Shown here one piece after another: positions 18,051 through 28,676 of a stretch of 64,000 nucleotides of DNA. How positions within the stretch are numbered: position 1 is the stretch's first letter; each line of letters begins with the position of its first letter. This stretch comes from Gammaproteobacteria bacterium (GTDB lineage: Bacteria > Pseudomonadota > Gammaproteobacteria > Ga0077536): NCBI GenBank assembly GCA_024234975.1, contig JACKNH010000004.1:355784-419783 (forward strand), in the 5' to 3' direction. Position numbers and translations under genes: made by a program. Below the pieces are notes generated by a model. The model was given only the letters and a program-made list of their open reading frames with translations, was not told the DNA's origin and ran no database searches.

Positions 18051-18691
18051 CTGAGCGTGGAATTCGCATTCTGCTGGTGGATGACCACGCCGTGGTCCGT
18101 GCCGGCTACCGGTTGTTGCTGCAGAACGCGCCGGCGATAACGATTGTCGCCGAAGCCGAAGACGGCGAATCGGCGTACCGCGCGTTCGTGGAATCCCGGC
18201 CTGACGTCGTGGTCATGGATCTGACCTTGCCCGGACCGAGCGGCTTGGATGTCATTCGCAGGGTGATCGCCCGCGATCCTCGGGCGCGCATCCTGGTCTT
18301 CAGCATGCACGAGGAACCCATCTTTGCCGAGCAGGCACTGGCCGCCGGCGCGCGCGGATACCTGACCAAGGCGTCGGCACCGGACGCACTGGTCGACGCA
18401 ATTAGGGATATCGCGCGCGGCGGTATCTTCGTTGAAACCGCGATCGCCCAACAACTCGCCGTGCAAAAATGCCGCGGGGAAGCGACGCCATTCCGGGATT
18501 TGACTACGCGTGAGTTCGAAATCTGCCGACTGCTGGTCGAGGGCGCTTCGGTTGCTGAAATCGCGCAAAAGGTGGCCTTGAGCGCCAAGACCGTCGCCAA
18601 CTATTCAACGCAGATAAGGGAAAAGGTCGGCGCAGGCAGTACGGCGGAGCTGACCCGCCTTGCTATCCGCTACGGCATCATTTCCGCTTGA
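18047..18691 (+). CDS. Response regulator, NarL/FixJ family (REC + LuxR HTH)
   Basis: IRILLVDDHAVVRAGY ... DVVVMDLTLPG ... GYLTKAS, and LTTREFEICRLLVEGASVAEIAQKVALSAKTVANYSTQIREKVG. The GTG start overlaps the kinase stop (GTGA). Confidence 0.9.
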   Translation: MTERGIRILLVDDHAVVRAGYRLLLQNAPAITIVAEAEDGESAYRAFVESRPDVVVMDLTLPGPSGLDVIRRVIARDPRARILVFSMHEEPIFAEQALAAGARGYLTKASAPDALVDAIRDIARGGIFVETAIAQQLAVQKCRGEATPFRDLTTREFEICRLLVEGASVAEIAQKVALSAKTVANYSTQIREKVGAGSTAELTRLAIRYGIISA

Positions 18692-18823
18692 TCGACAAGG
18701 AGCGGGAACATTTCCTGGAGGTGGCAAGAGTTCCTCCTGCGCCGCGCCGTTGCATGTTCCCATGCGGCGAATGATCCGTCTATGTACCATGCACAGCTTC
18801 CAGTACGCTGCCGGTTCAATTCG

Positions 18824-21289
18824 ATGAAAGTTTCGCCGCTCCACCTGAATCACTCCAGAGTCCGACTGGTCATGCTTGGGCTGGTGCTGCTCCCCACGCA
18901 ACAGTTGCTGGCACAGGAAGAACTGGTGGTCATCGGCGTGACGCCGACGGAAGGACTGGGCGTTCCGTTGAACCAGATTCCAGGGCTCGTGCGGCAGGCG
19001 ACCAGCGAAAATCTGAAGGCTGCCCAGAGTACTGACATTGCCGATTTTCTCAATCGCAACTCCGGGTCGGTGGCCATCAATTCGGCACAGAATAATCCAC
19101 TGCAACCGGATGTCCGTTTCCGCGGCTTCACCGCTTCGCCGCTGTTGGGGCTACCGCAGGGCATCGCCGTGTACCAGGATGGCGCACGCTTGAACGAGCC
19201 GCTGGGCGATACCGTCAATTGGGATCTCGTTCCACGGTCTGCCATCGCCGGCATCACCTTGCACGGTGGCACCAGCCCGATGTTCGGGCTGAACGCACTG
19301 GGCGGCGCGCTGGTCATCGATATGAAGAACGGATTCAACGCCGAGGGCCATTCATTCCAAATCGAGGGCGGGTCATGGGGCCGCTGGCTGGCCAGTGTCG
19401 AAAGTGGTGGTAATAACGGAGTCTTCGGCTATTACGCGAACCTCCAGCACTTCAGCGAGGACGGTTGGCGCGACCTGTCGAATTCGCGGGCGACGAATTT
19501 CTACGGGGCATTGTCGTGGCAATCGGAACGTACGGATATCGACCTCGGTCTGGGCCTGGCAGATAGCAAGCTCCGCGGGAATGGTCCGGCGCCGGTGGGG
19601 CTGGCCGAAATGGATTCAAGCGCAGTGTTCACGGCGCCGGACATCACCGGGAATGCGATGGGGATGGTGAATCTCGAGTTGCAGCACGAGATGACCAGAA
19701 CTCTGCATTTGTCCGGCTCGGCGTTCTGGCGTCGTAATACCACGGACTCGTTCAACGGCGACGCCTCTGAATACCGGGCCTGCGAACTGGCCGGCGGCAT
19801 CGCATTGCTCGCCGGCCTGGAAGACGATGCACTGGATGCACTCGGCCTGGACGATGATGACATCTGTGATGGCGCCCAGGCGGACATAAACGCACTTCAG
19901 ATGTACCTCAACAATCTGGCCGGATCGGCTGAATTTGATCTGGATGACCTGACCGGCGACTTGCGTGGCGGACCGTTGAGTGACACCGACGCCATCGTCA
20001 ACCAAAGTCGGCGCCGACAGACATCGCGAGGTATCGATCTTCAACTGAACTGGTTGCACGAGTTATTCGGCCGTAAGCAACATCTGCTGGTGGGTGGCGG
20101 TTGGTTACGCGGAACATCGAAATTTCATTCGACCGTGGAGCTTGCAACACTGGATCCGATGACCCGCTCAGTCGTGGGTCGTGGCCTTGGCGTGTATCTT
20201 GAACAGGCCGAAACCGAACTGTCGTCGACGAGTTCTACGGCGAGTCTGTATTTCATCGAGCACCTTGCGCTTACAGAACAGTTGGCGCTTGGGTTGGGCG
20301 GGCGATGGAATCGTACGACGGTAAGATTGCGCGATCTTTCCGGCGAACGGCCCGAACTTGATGGCGACCACAAATTCATTCGCTTCAATCCTGTCGTCGG
20401 CCTGACGTTCAACCCTTCAGGGCGCGTTGGCATTTACGCCAGCTACTCGGAATCCACCCGTGCGCCGACGCCGATAGAACTGTCCTGCAACGAGGATACG
20501 TTCGAAAAGGCGCGGGCACTGGCCATTGCCGACGGAGAGGATCCGGACAACATTGAATTTGAATGCAGGCTGCCCAACGCATTTCTTGCTGACCCACCGC
20601 TGGCGCAAGTGGTGGCGCACAGCCTGGAAGCCGGCGTACGCGGCGGACTGGCCGATGACATTCGATACCACCTCGGCTGGTTTCATACCGACAACCATAA
20701 CGACATTATCTTCCAGAGCACCGGGCGCAATACCGGGTTGTTTGCCAACGTCGACAAAACCCGCCGCGCTGGCATCGAGTTCGAACTGACTGGTAACCAC
20801 GAACGGTTTGACTGGTACCTGAATTACAGCCTGACCTCAGCAACGTTCCGCGACGATTTCGCGGTACTCAGCCCGAATCATCCCGACGCAAATGAAGACG
20901 GCGAAGTCGCCGTTTCACGGGGTGCATCCATCCCAGGCGTGCCACGGCATACCGCCAAGTTGGGTGGAGACTACGCATTGACTGATCGGGTGTCAGTGGG
21001 TGGAAGTGTGATGTACAACTCCGCGCAATATCTGCGGGGAGACGAAGCCAATTCGCTGGAGATGCTCAGCGGCTACACGCTGGTCAACGTGCGCGCGCGC
21101 TGGCAGATATCCGACCATGTCGAACTGTTCGGACGGGTCGATAACGTTTTCGGCACGTCGTTTGAAAACTTTGGCCTGCTTGGCGAAGACCCTACCGAAG
21201 TGATTCCTGGTCTGGGTAACGACAGCCCGGTATTTGTCGGCGTCGGCGCGCCTCGTGGCGCGTGGTTGGGGATTCGAATAGTGCTATAA
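18824..21289 (+). CDS. TonB-dependent outer-membrane receptor
   Basis: Signal peptide, plug motifs (VVIGV..., NNPLQPDVRFRGF, GIAVYQDGARLNEP, GGALVI), and a long beta-barrel with a C-terminal GVGAPRGAWLGIRIVL. Confidence 0.85.
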   Translation: MKVSPLHLNHSRVRLVMLGLVLLPTQQLLAQEELVVIGVTPTEGLGVPLNQIPGLVRQATSENLKAAQSTDIADFLNRNSGSVAINSAQNNPLQPDVRFRGFTASPLLGLPQGIAVYQDGARLNEPLGDTVNWDLVPRSAIAGITLHGGTSPMFGLNALGGALVIDMKNGFNAEGHSFQIEGGSWGRWLASVESGGNNGVFGYYANLQHFSEDGWRDLSNSRATNFYGALSWQSERTDIDLGLGLADSKLRGNGPAPVGLAEMDSSAVFTAPDITGNAMGMVNLELQHEMTRTLHLSGSAFWRRNTTDSFNGDASEYRACELAGGIALLAGLEDDALDALGLDDDDICDGAQADINALQMYLNNLAGSAEFDLDDLTGDLRGGPLSDTDAIVNQSRRRQTSRGIDLQLNWLHELFGRKQHLLVGGGWLRGTSKFHSTVELATLDPMTRSVVGRGLGVYLEQAETELSSTSSTASLYFIEHLALTEQLALGLGGRWNRTTVRLRDLSGERPELDGDHKFIRFNPVVGLTFNPSGRVGIYASYSESTRAPTPIELSCNEDTFEKARALAIADGEDPDNIEFECRLPNAFLADPPLAQVVAHSLEAGVRGGLADDIRYHLGWFHTDNHNDIIFQSTGRNTGLFANVDKTRRAGIEFELTGNHERFDWYLNYSLTSATFRDDFAVLSPNHPDANEDGEVAVSRGASIPGVPRHTAKLGGDYALTDRVSVGGSVMYNSAQYLRGDEANSLEMLSGYTLVNVRARWQISDHVELFGRVDNVFGTSFENFGLLGEDPTEVIPGLGNDSPVFVGVGAPRGAWLGIRIVL

Positions 21290-21346
21290 GCGATACAGTG
21301 CCGAACGCCTGAGATATCGTTGGTTCATATGCGGTAAACCAAGAGT

Positions 21347-21374
21347 TAAAGCTTGTCAAGAACGATTCCGATAT
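21347..21374 (+). promoter_or_regulatory. Sigma-28 (FliA)-type promoter for the flagellin gene
   Basis: TAAAGCTT-N11-TTCCGATAT compared with the consensus TAAAGTTT-N11-GCCGATAA. It lies 87 nt upstream of the flagellin ATG, and GGAG sits 5 nt before the ATG. Confidence 0.6.
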
Positions 21375-21460
21375 CTGTTCCATAACGGGCGACCCGTCCC
21401 GTCAGGCGCAGTGCGCCGGACACGCAGGACAGGGACGCAACAGAAACACTCGGAGCGTGT

Positions 21461-23168
21461 ATGGCACTGTCCATCAATACCAATGTCGGTTCGCTGAACA
21501 CGACGCGGCACCTGGGAAACAGCCAGGGACTGTTGCAACGGAGTTTGCAGCGATTGTCGTCGGGCCTGCGGGTCAATAATGCGCGTGATGATGCGGCAGG
21601 GCTCGCTATCGCTAACCGCATGACGACCCAGGTACGAGGTATGGGCCAGGCGGCGCGCAATGCCAATGATGGCATTTCGATGTTGCAGACCGCCGAAGGT
21701 GCGCTGGGCTCAGTGACCGGCAATCTGCAACGTATCCGGGAACTCGCGGTCCAGGCATCCAACTCCTCCTACAGCCTGACGGATCGCGAAGCGCTGCAAA
21801 AGGAAGTCAACCAGATGCTGGCGGAAATCCAGCGCGTGGGGCGTGATACCCAGTTCAACGGCCTGAAGGTCTTCAGCTCGACCAACATCAGTGTGGTAGG
21901 CGAGGAAACCCAGCTCGCGGTAGTCGACGGGCTGAAGCTCGGATGGTTGCAACAGAGCGAAGACTTGATCAGCCAGTTCTTCGGTCTTGAAGGCGACGGT
22001 GCCGATATGAGCATCGAACTGACGACGTTCAGTGATGGCGTGGGCGGAACCGCGGCGCGCGTAGTGTCGTTCGTCGGCAGCAGCGGCAAAGGCACCAATC
22101 TGAAGCTGCAGGTCGATATGGCTGATTTCACGCCACCGAACCTGCCCAATGGTGGCAATGCCCCGTTCTATAACGATCGGATCATCGCTCACGAAATGGT
22201 CCACGCAGTAATGGCGCGCAGCATGAATTGGGGCGATGTCGTCAATAATTATAAATGGTTCGCCGAAGGTGCCGCAGAATTCATCCACGGCGCCGAGGGC
22301 GCGTGCTGGCCGATGGCGGCGCGACCGTCGGCGCGCGGCCAACCTGGTGGCGGAATTCAATAACGGCTTTTCCGGCAGCAGCGCGGATTATTCCTCCAGC
22401 TACTCTGCCGTCCGCTTCCTTCATGACAAGATCAAAGCTTCCGGGGGTGAAGGCATCAAGGATGTCATGACCTACCTGACCAACAACCAGTCGGCAACAC
22501 TCAAGCACGCCATTGCCAGTACCGCCGCCTACAGCAATACCGATGTCGACGCTGCCTACAATGCCTTCGTTTCCGACTTCACTACCAATGGTGCCGCCTT
22601 CATCCAGGCGTTTGACTACGCCAATTCGGACACCGGCGCAATCGGAGGTCTGGATGTCGATGGTGGCGCGCTCAAGACCGCCGAGAGTGCGGTGCTCGAC
22701 TATGGCACGCGCTCTACCGAAGACGTGCTGAGCGGTTTCAACGAGTCCTTCGAGGAACTTAAAGTCGCCAAGGGCGCTGAAACAACGCTGACCTTCCAGG
22801 TGGGCGCCAACTTCGGTGAGCGGGTTGACGCAACGGTGGGATCGATGAGCACCCAGGCGATGGGCATCAGCGCGGTCGATCTGGTAGGTGGCGCCCAACG
22901 TGCAATCGGTCAGATTGACCGCGCACTCGACTATATCAATACCGAGCGTGCCAAGTTGGGTGCACAACTCGCACGATTCGAAACCACGATTTCGAACCTG
23001 CAGACAAGTACGGAAAACGTCACTGCCAGTCGGTCACGCATCGTCGACGCCGACTTCGCCGCTGAAACGGCTGAGCTCACACGCAACTCGATTCTGCAGC
23101 AGGCCGGTACAGCCATGCTGGCACAGGCCAACGTGCAACATCAGATAGCTTTGCAGCTGCTGCGCTAG
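21461..23168 (+). CDS. fliC: Flagellin with an HExxH metallopeptidase-like central domain (flagellinolysin-like). The reading frame is interrupted near 22298-22337.
   Basis: The N-terminal D0/D1 region is MALSINTNVGSLNTTRHL...LSSGLRVNNARDDAAGLAIANRM. The C-terminal D1/D0 region is AIGQIDRALDYINTERAKLGAQLARFETTISNL...DADFAAETAELTRNSILQQAGTAMLAQANVQHQIALQLLR. The centre carries DRIIAHEMVHAVMARS...WFAEGAAEFIHGAEG. The N and C parts lie in different frames (ORFs 21461..22363 and 22236..23168). Confidence 0.85.
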
Positions 23169-23193
23169 CACCAATTACTTCGAACCAGTGATG

Positions 23194-23228
23194 CCCCGCC
23201 GTGTGTAAGCGCACGCCGCGGGGTTTTT
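23194..23228 (+). terminator. Rho-independent terminator after the flagellin gene
   Basis: GC-rich hairpin ccccgccgtg...cacgccgcgggg followed by TTTTT, 26 nt after the stop codon. Confidence 0.6.
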
Positions 23229-23306
23229 CATTTGCGTTCGCGGTTGCCCGGGCGTAACGAATTGGCAGACGCGTCCATCGGTGTTTTGCATTAGGATCGC
23301 TTCGCT

Positions 23307-24082
23307 ATGAATACAAACTTCGTCTGGCACCTCGTGGAGCCAAGTCACCTGCTGGTCTACGGCCTGATGCTGGGTTTGATGGGCTGGCGTTGGGCCTGGG
23401 GCAAACGATGTCTGTGGGTGACAGCCGTGGCGCTGATTGCGTGCAGCATATTGCCGATTGGCCAGGTGCTGATCAGACCGTTGGAGCAACGATTCCCCAT
23501 GCCCGAGGCGCTAGGCAAGGTGGATGGTGTCATCGTGCTGGCGGGCGCGGAAATGGCGGAACTCACCGAGTACTACACAGAACCTCAGCTCAACCAGCAC
23601 GCCGACCGGTTGACCAGCTTCACGATGCTTGCACATGACTTCCCGTCCGCACGGCTGGTTCACTCAGGTGGCGGTACCGGATCGTACAACCAGTCAGATA
23701 CTGCCCGTGCGATTCTCATTGGCAGTGGCATCGCCGCTGATCGGATCACGTTCGAGGCAAATCACGCAACACCATCGAAGGCGCGCGCTTTACACGAGAG
23801 CAGGTGGCGCCTCGGCCGGGCGAGCGGTGGCTGCTGGTGACATCGGCATTTCATCTGCCGCGCGCCGTCGCCAGCTTTTGTGCCGCCCAGTGGCCAATAG
23901 TCCCTTATCCGGCGGATTACAAAACGCTGGACCTCACTCCCTATTTCTCGCTGGTCGAGAACCTTTCGCTGCTGGATCTCGCCGTCCACGAATGGCTTGG
24001 TCTGCTGTACTACCGAATGACTAACGCAACGGAAATCCTGTATCCGGATACCACAGCGCCCTGTATTTTTCCGGCCGCATAG
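23307..24082 (+). CDS. DUF218 (YdcF/ElyC/SanA-like) membrane-associated protein; frame interrupted at about 23760
   Basis: N-terminal TM segments and VDGVIVLAGAE ... HSGGG. After a -1 frame change come SRNTIEGA and ERWLLVTSAFHLPRAV (family motifs S.NT.ENA and LVTS..HM.RA). A single missing base in gca-aa-tca would restore one 258-aa ORF. Confidence 0.7.
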
Positions 24083-24144
24083 CGCCACGCGCCAATCGCT
24101 GGCCAGGAGCGTCAGTTGGGGTTCGGGGTGATGTCGCTGGAAGA

Positions 24145-24221
24145 TGGTGGGCCCGGCAGGACTTGAACCTGCGACCAATCGATTATGAGTCGACTGCTCT
24201 AACCAACTGAGCTACAGGCCC
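24145..24221 (-). tRNA. ileX: tRNA with CAU anticodon, most like tRNA-Ile2 (lysidine-modified, ileX-type); elongator tRNA-Met not excluded
   Basis: Reverse complement GGGCCTGTAGCTCAGTTGGTTAGAGCAGTCGACTCATAATCGATTGGTCGCAGGTTCAAGTCCTGCCGGGCCCACCA folds as a cloverleaf with encoded CCA. The anticodon arm CGACTCATAATCG and TGGTC variable loop resemble E. coli ileX, which also lies just downstream of rpoD. Confidence 0.85.
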
Positions 24222-24253
24222 GTGCTAGAGATACAGCGTTGATTTGAAGCATT

Positions 24254-24279
24254 GCCGCCCGACCTTGAGGTCGGACGGC
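24254..24279. terminator. Hairpin between rpoD stop and the tRNA gene
   Basis: gccgcccgacc-ttga-ggtcggacggc with one mismatch. The flanks are A/T-rich but there is no clean T-run on the rpoD strand. Confidence 0.35.
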
Positions 24280-24300
24280 ATTTTATCGGCTGGTCCGGAC

Positions 24301-26166
24301 TTAATCCAGGAACGTGCGCAGCTGCTCCGAACGGGTGGGATGGCGCAGTTTGCGTAAGGCCTTGGCTTCTATCTGGCGGATGCGCTCGCGGGTGACGTCG
24401 AACTGCTTGCCGACTTCCTCCAGCGTGTGGTCGGTATTCATGTCGATGCCGAACCGCATGCGCAACACCTTGGCTTCCCGCGGCGTCAGGCCTTCGAGCA
24501 CTTCGCGCGTGGCGCGGCACAGGCCTTCAAACGTTGCTGCATCCACCGGTGCATGGGTGTTGGTATCTTCGATGAAGTCACCCAGGTGTGAATCCTCGTC
24601 ATCACCAATCGGCGTTTCCATGGAGATCGGTTCCTTGGCGATCTTCAACACCTTGCGCACCTTGTCCTCGGGCATGTCCATGCGTACCGCGAGTTCTTCC
24701 GGCGTCGGCTCGCGGCCCAGTTCCTGCAGGATCTGACGCGAGATACGGTTCAGTTTATTGATAGTCTCAATCATATGGACCGGGATGCGGATGGTGCGTG
24801 CCTGGTCGGCGATCGAACGGGTGATCGCCTGCCGGATCCACCACGTGGCGTAAGTCGAAAACTTGTAGCCGCGACGGTATTCGAATTTGTCCACCGCTTT
24901 CATCAAGCCGATGTTGCCTTCCTGAATCAGATCCAGGAACAGCAGGCCGCGGTTGGTGTACTTCTTGGCGATGGAAATCACCAGGCGCAGAGTTGGCCTC
25001 GACCATTTCCTTCTTCGCGCGGCGCGCTTTCGCTTCACCAATCGACATGCGCCGGTTGATGTCTTTGATATCGCTGATCGAGATACCGCAGGCGGTTTCA
25101 ATTTCAACGAAACGCTGCTGGATCGCCTCGATCTCCGGCTGCACGTCCTTCATGGCATTGCCATACGGCTTGGTGCTCTTGGAGAGCGCCTTCACCCAGG
25201 ACGGGTCGGCTTCCTTATCGACAAATACATTGATGAAATCCTTACGTGGCACTTTGCAGCGCTTGACGCAGATATCCATGATGTACTTTTCATGTTCGCG
25301 GATTTCGTCAATCACGCGGCGTACGAAACTCGAAAGTTCTTCAGCGACCGCCGGGACGAGCTTAAATTCGAGAAGGCCTGCTGCAATTCTTCGCGGACCG
25401 TAACGGTCTTGGCGTGGCCGCGGCCGTTCTTCTTGCTGGCGGCCTGAACCTTCTTGAACAGCTTCTGGAAATTCTCGAAGCGGTTTTTTACTTCTTCCGG
25501 GTCCAGTGCGTTACCCAACGGATCGATATCGTCCGAATCCGATGATTCGCCGTCGTCGTTTTCATCATCGTTATCTGACGAGTTGCTGTTGTCAGAATCG
25601 AAATCCGCATCCAGCGGCGCATTGACCGCGATGTCGGCATTGAGATCGATGAAGCCGCTGATGACGTCAGTGATCTTGAGCTCTTCCTTGACCACGCGAT
25701 CATATTTGTCGATGAACATCTCCGAGACCTGCGGGAAATCGGCCAGCGCAGACGAGACCTGATTCAGGCCTTCTTCAACGCGCTTGGCGATCTTGATTTC
25801 ACCCTCACGGGTCAGCAAATCGACGGTACCCATTTCACGCATGTACATGCGCACGGGATCGGTGGTGCGGCCGAATTCGGTATCGACGGCGGCCAGCGCC
25901 GCGGCGGCTTCCTCGGCAGCGTCTTCATCAGCCACCGACTCGTTCATCAGGATCGAGTCACCATCCGGTGCCGTTTCGTGCACCGTGATGCCCATGTCGT
26001 TGATCATGTTGATGATATCTTCGATCTGTTCCGGATCGACGATATCGTCGGGCAGGTGGTCATTGACCTCGTGATAGGTCAGGAAGCCCTGCTCTTTGCC
26101 CTTTGCAATCAGCAACTTGAGCTGAGACTGTTCCTCGTTGACATCAACTTCTTCGAGATTTTCCAT
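24301..26166 (-). CDS. rpoD: RNA polymerase sigma-70 factor RpoD; frame broken twice (about 24991 and about 25370-25377)
   Basis: Three consecutive ORFs (25312..26166, 24767..25315, 24301..25107) together reconstruct RpoD: region 1.1, an acidic spacer, [28 protein letters not shown]|[72 protein letters not shown], and ...[20 protein letters not shown]. Confidence 0.95.
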
Positions 26167-26425
26167 GATGGTGCGGGCCTGCCTTTGAATTAGGTCTGTA
26201 GCTCTTTGTATTTATGTAATAAAAACTTGGTCTTGCGGGCATCCGGGGCGGTACCACCGGGCTCCTGGAAGTCTAGTACATCCGGGAGTGGCCGCCAGTT
26301 GAGGATGAGCTTGGGACGAAAGCGCGGAAGTATACGATGAATCAGCGCTTCTTGCCCATATCCCGAAACCGTCTTCGCAACTCCTCTTTGTCTTCCTGGC
26401 TTCTGCCGCTGACCGGTTTTCAGGC

Positions 26426-28099
26426 TCAGGCAGCGGCTGCTTTGAAAGCTGATTCCGTATGAGTTCCAGCCGCCGAGAATTCCGTTTGGGCGCCCTCGGG
26501 GCCGAGGTCGATGACATCCGTCAGGAGCGCCGCGAAATGGGGCGCCAGCCGGTGATCTCGATAACGCTCCAACAGGGTACCCGTTGTCAGCGTTGGATTG
26601 GACCGAACCAAATCAATGAGTTCCGCGAGAACCAGATGTCCCTGATCACGACTGGCGGTCAGCAAGGCCACGGATTCTGCGCTCGCTTGCAGGGCAACAT
26701 TAGGATGTTGGAGTAGTTGCGTAATAGCGGCGCGGACATTGGAGGGTCCCTTGCCTGCCGTGGCGCGCGAAGACGGTGGAGGTGTCGAAGTGGTGGCGGC
26801 GCGGGTTCCTGCCATTTGCATTCGCCGCATTTCATGCTGTGGCAGCCGTACTAGATTCGCTAGTTGTTCTGCAAGTAACGTCTTGAACGTTCCTTCTGGA
26901 ATTTGTTCAATCAAGGGCATGGCCTTATCCGTAAGCGAGGCCTTCCCAGTCATAGTGTGAAGATTAATTCCGTCGCTCAGCTGCTCGAACATGACCTCGG
27001 ACAGCGGTTTGGCATTCGCAGGATCAGTGAAATACGCCGCGCCCTGGGTGCGGACCAGGGTATCCGGGTCCTCGCCTGCCGGCAGAAACATGAAGCTGAC
27101 ATACCGCCGTTCAGTCAGTAGAGGTAGCGCGGATAGCAATGCCCGCCAGGCAGCGCGGCGACCGGCTTCGTCGCCATCGAAGCAGAACACGACTTCCGGG
27201 CTCATGCGGAACAACCGTTGCAGGTGGTCGACTGTGGTGGCGGTGCCCAGCGTGGCCACCGCGTTGTCCACGCCGTGCTGCGCCAGTGCCACGACATCCA
27301 TATAACCTTCCACAACGATCACCCGCAGCTGGTCCCGGATGGCCTTGCGCGCGCGGTGCAAGCCGTACAGTTCCTGCCCCTTGTGAAAGATGGGAGATTC
27401 CGGTGAATTCAGATACTTGGGTTCGCCCTGGTCAATGATTCGGCCGCCGAAACCGACCATACGGCCGCGCTGGTCGCGGATGGGAAAGATCACCCGGTCG
27501 CGGAAGCGGTCGTAAACCCGGTTACGCTCATTGCGTAACACCAGGCCCAGCTGCAGCAGGCGCTGAACGGCGGGCGGGTCGTTACCGATGGTCGTCAGCA
27601 GGCCGTCCCATTCCGGCGGCGCGAAGCCGAGTTCGAAATCGCGGGCGATGGTGCCTGACAATCCACGCTTCTTCAGGTAATCGACGGCACGATCATGCGC
27701 GGGATGGTGGCGCAGGGCGTTGGCGAAAAAGCGCGCGACCGCTTCGTTGGTTTCGTAAAGCTCCCGGCTGACGTCCTCACGGGCGTCGTCGGCATTGGAT
27801 TCGCGCGGCACTTCGACCCCGGCGATACCGGCCAACTCCTCGACCGCCTCGACAAACCCGAGGCCGGAAAACTCCATCAGGAAATTGATGGCTGAACCAT
27901 GGGCGCCACAGCCGAAGCAGTGATAGAACTGCTTGTCCTGACTGACCGTGAACGAGGGCGATTTTTCCTCGTGAAACGGGCACAAACCCTTGTAGTTGGC
28001 GCCGGCCTGACGCAACTGTACGAACCGGTGCACGACATCCACGATGTCTACGCGACCGAGCAAGCCGTCGATGAAGTCTTGGGGGATTCGTCCTGCCAT
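26426..28099 (-). CDS. dnaG: DNA primase
   Basis: Zinc finger CPFHEEKSPSFTVSQDKQFYHCFGCGAHG and a TOPRIM region (VVEGYMDVVAL ... FDGDEAGRRAA). Position is between rpsU/yqeY and rpoD. Confidence 0.9.
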   Translation of the reverse strand: MAGRIPQDFIDGLLGRVDIVDVVHRFVQLRQAGANYKGLCPFHEEKSPSFTVSQDKQFYHCFGCGAHGSAINFLMEFSGLGFVEAVEELAGIAGVEVPRESNADDAREDVSRELYETNEAVARFFANALRHHPAHDRAVDYLKKRGLSGTIARDFELGFAPPEWDGLLTTIGNDPPAVQRLLQLGLVLRNERNRVYDRFRDRVIFPIRDQRGRMVGFGGRIIDQGEPKYLNSPESPIFHKGQELYGLHRARKAIRDQLRVIVVEGYMDVVALAQHGVDNAVATLGTATTVDHLQRLFRMSPEVVFCFDGDEAGRRAAWRALLSALPLLTERRYVSFMFLPAGEDPDTLVRTQGAAYFTDPANAKPLSEVMFEQLSDGINLHTMTGKASLTDKAMPLIEQIPEGTFKTLLAEQLANLVRLPQHEMRRMQMAGTRAATTSTPPPSSRATAGKGPSNVRAAITQLLQHPNVALQASAESVALLTASRDQGHLVLAELIDLVRSNPTLTTGTLLERYRDHRLAPHFAALLTDVIDLGPEGAQTEFSAAGTHTESAFKAAAA

Positions 28100-28178
28100 T
28101 GGAATCAATCCGGACGGCAAGTATAGGCCGCCCGCGGGGTACTGTCGCCGCACGTCGCGGCGAGCACATCGAAGGGTT

Positions 28179-28628
28179 TCAGCCGAGGCGTTGCTTCAGC
28201 TTGGCGCTGACCGCGGCGAGATCGGCCCGACCCTGCATCCGGGGCCGCAGCTCCGCCATGACCTTACCCATGTCGCGCATGCCGGTCGCGCCGGTGGCGG
28301 ACAGGGTGGCCTCGATCATCGCGTCGATTTCAGCTTCGGTGAGCGCCTGGGGCAGGAATTCCTGGATCAGCGCCAGTTCAAAGCGCTCGGTCGCGGCCAG
28401 ATCCTCGCGGCCGGCTGCTTCGTACTGGGAGATGGATTCGCGCCGCTGCTTGGCCTGTTTGTCCAGAATGGCCAGGACGGCGGTATCGTCGAGTTCGATG
28501 CGCTGGTCGACTTCCTGTTGCTTCAGCGCGGCCGTGAGCAGACGAAGGGCGGCGACGCGGTCCTTCTGACCAGCTTTCATCGCCACCTTGACCTCGTCGG
28601 TCAGGCGTTGTTTCAAAGTGCTCGACAT
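28179..28628 (-). CDS. yqeY: GatB/YqeY domain protein
   Basis: LKQRLTDEVKVAMKAGQKDRVAALRLLTAALKQQEVD ... is typical of YqeY. It lies between rpsU and dnaG. Confidence 0.85.
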   Translation of the reverse strand: MSSTLKQRLTDEVKVAMKAGQKDRVAALRLLTAALKQQEVDQRIELDDTAVLAILDKQAKQRRESISQYEAAGREDLAATERFELALIQEFLPQALTEAEIDAMIEATLSATGATGMRDMGKVMAELRPRMQGRADLAAVSAKLKQRLG

Positions 28629-28676
28629 TGGAATGCGGAACCGGTGGCCCGGCAGTGCCGGGCCACCCTCGGGAAA

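Noticed and set aside
15382-24144. Genomic island integrated at the 3' end of the tRNA(CAU) gene
   Set aside because: The block is accessory-looking and abuts the tRNA 3' end. However, I see no integrase, no mobility genes and no direct repeat of the tRNA 3' segment at the far boundary. The compositional shift is at most slight.
24301-26166. rpoD as a genuine pseudogene
   Set aside because: Sigma-70 is essential, and the three fragments are otherwise perfectly conserved. Two isolated 1-nt indels are best explained as sequence errors.
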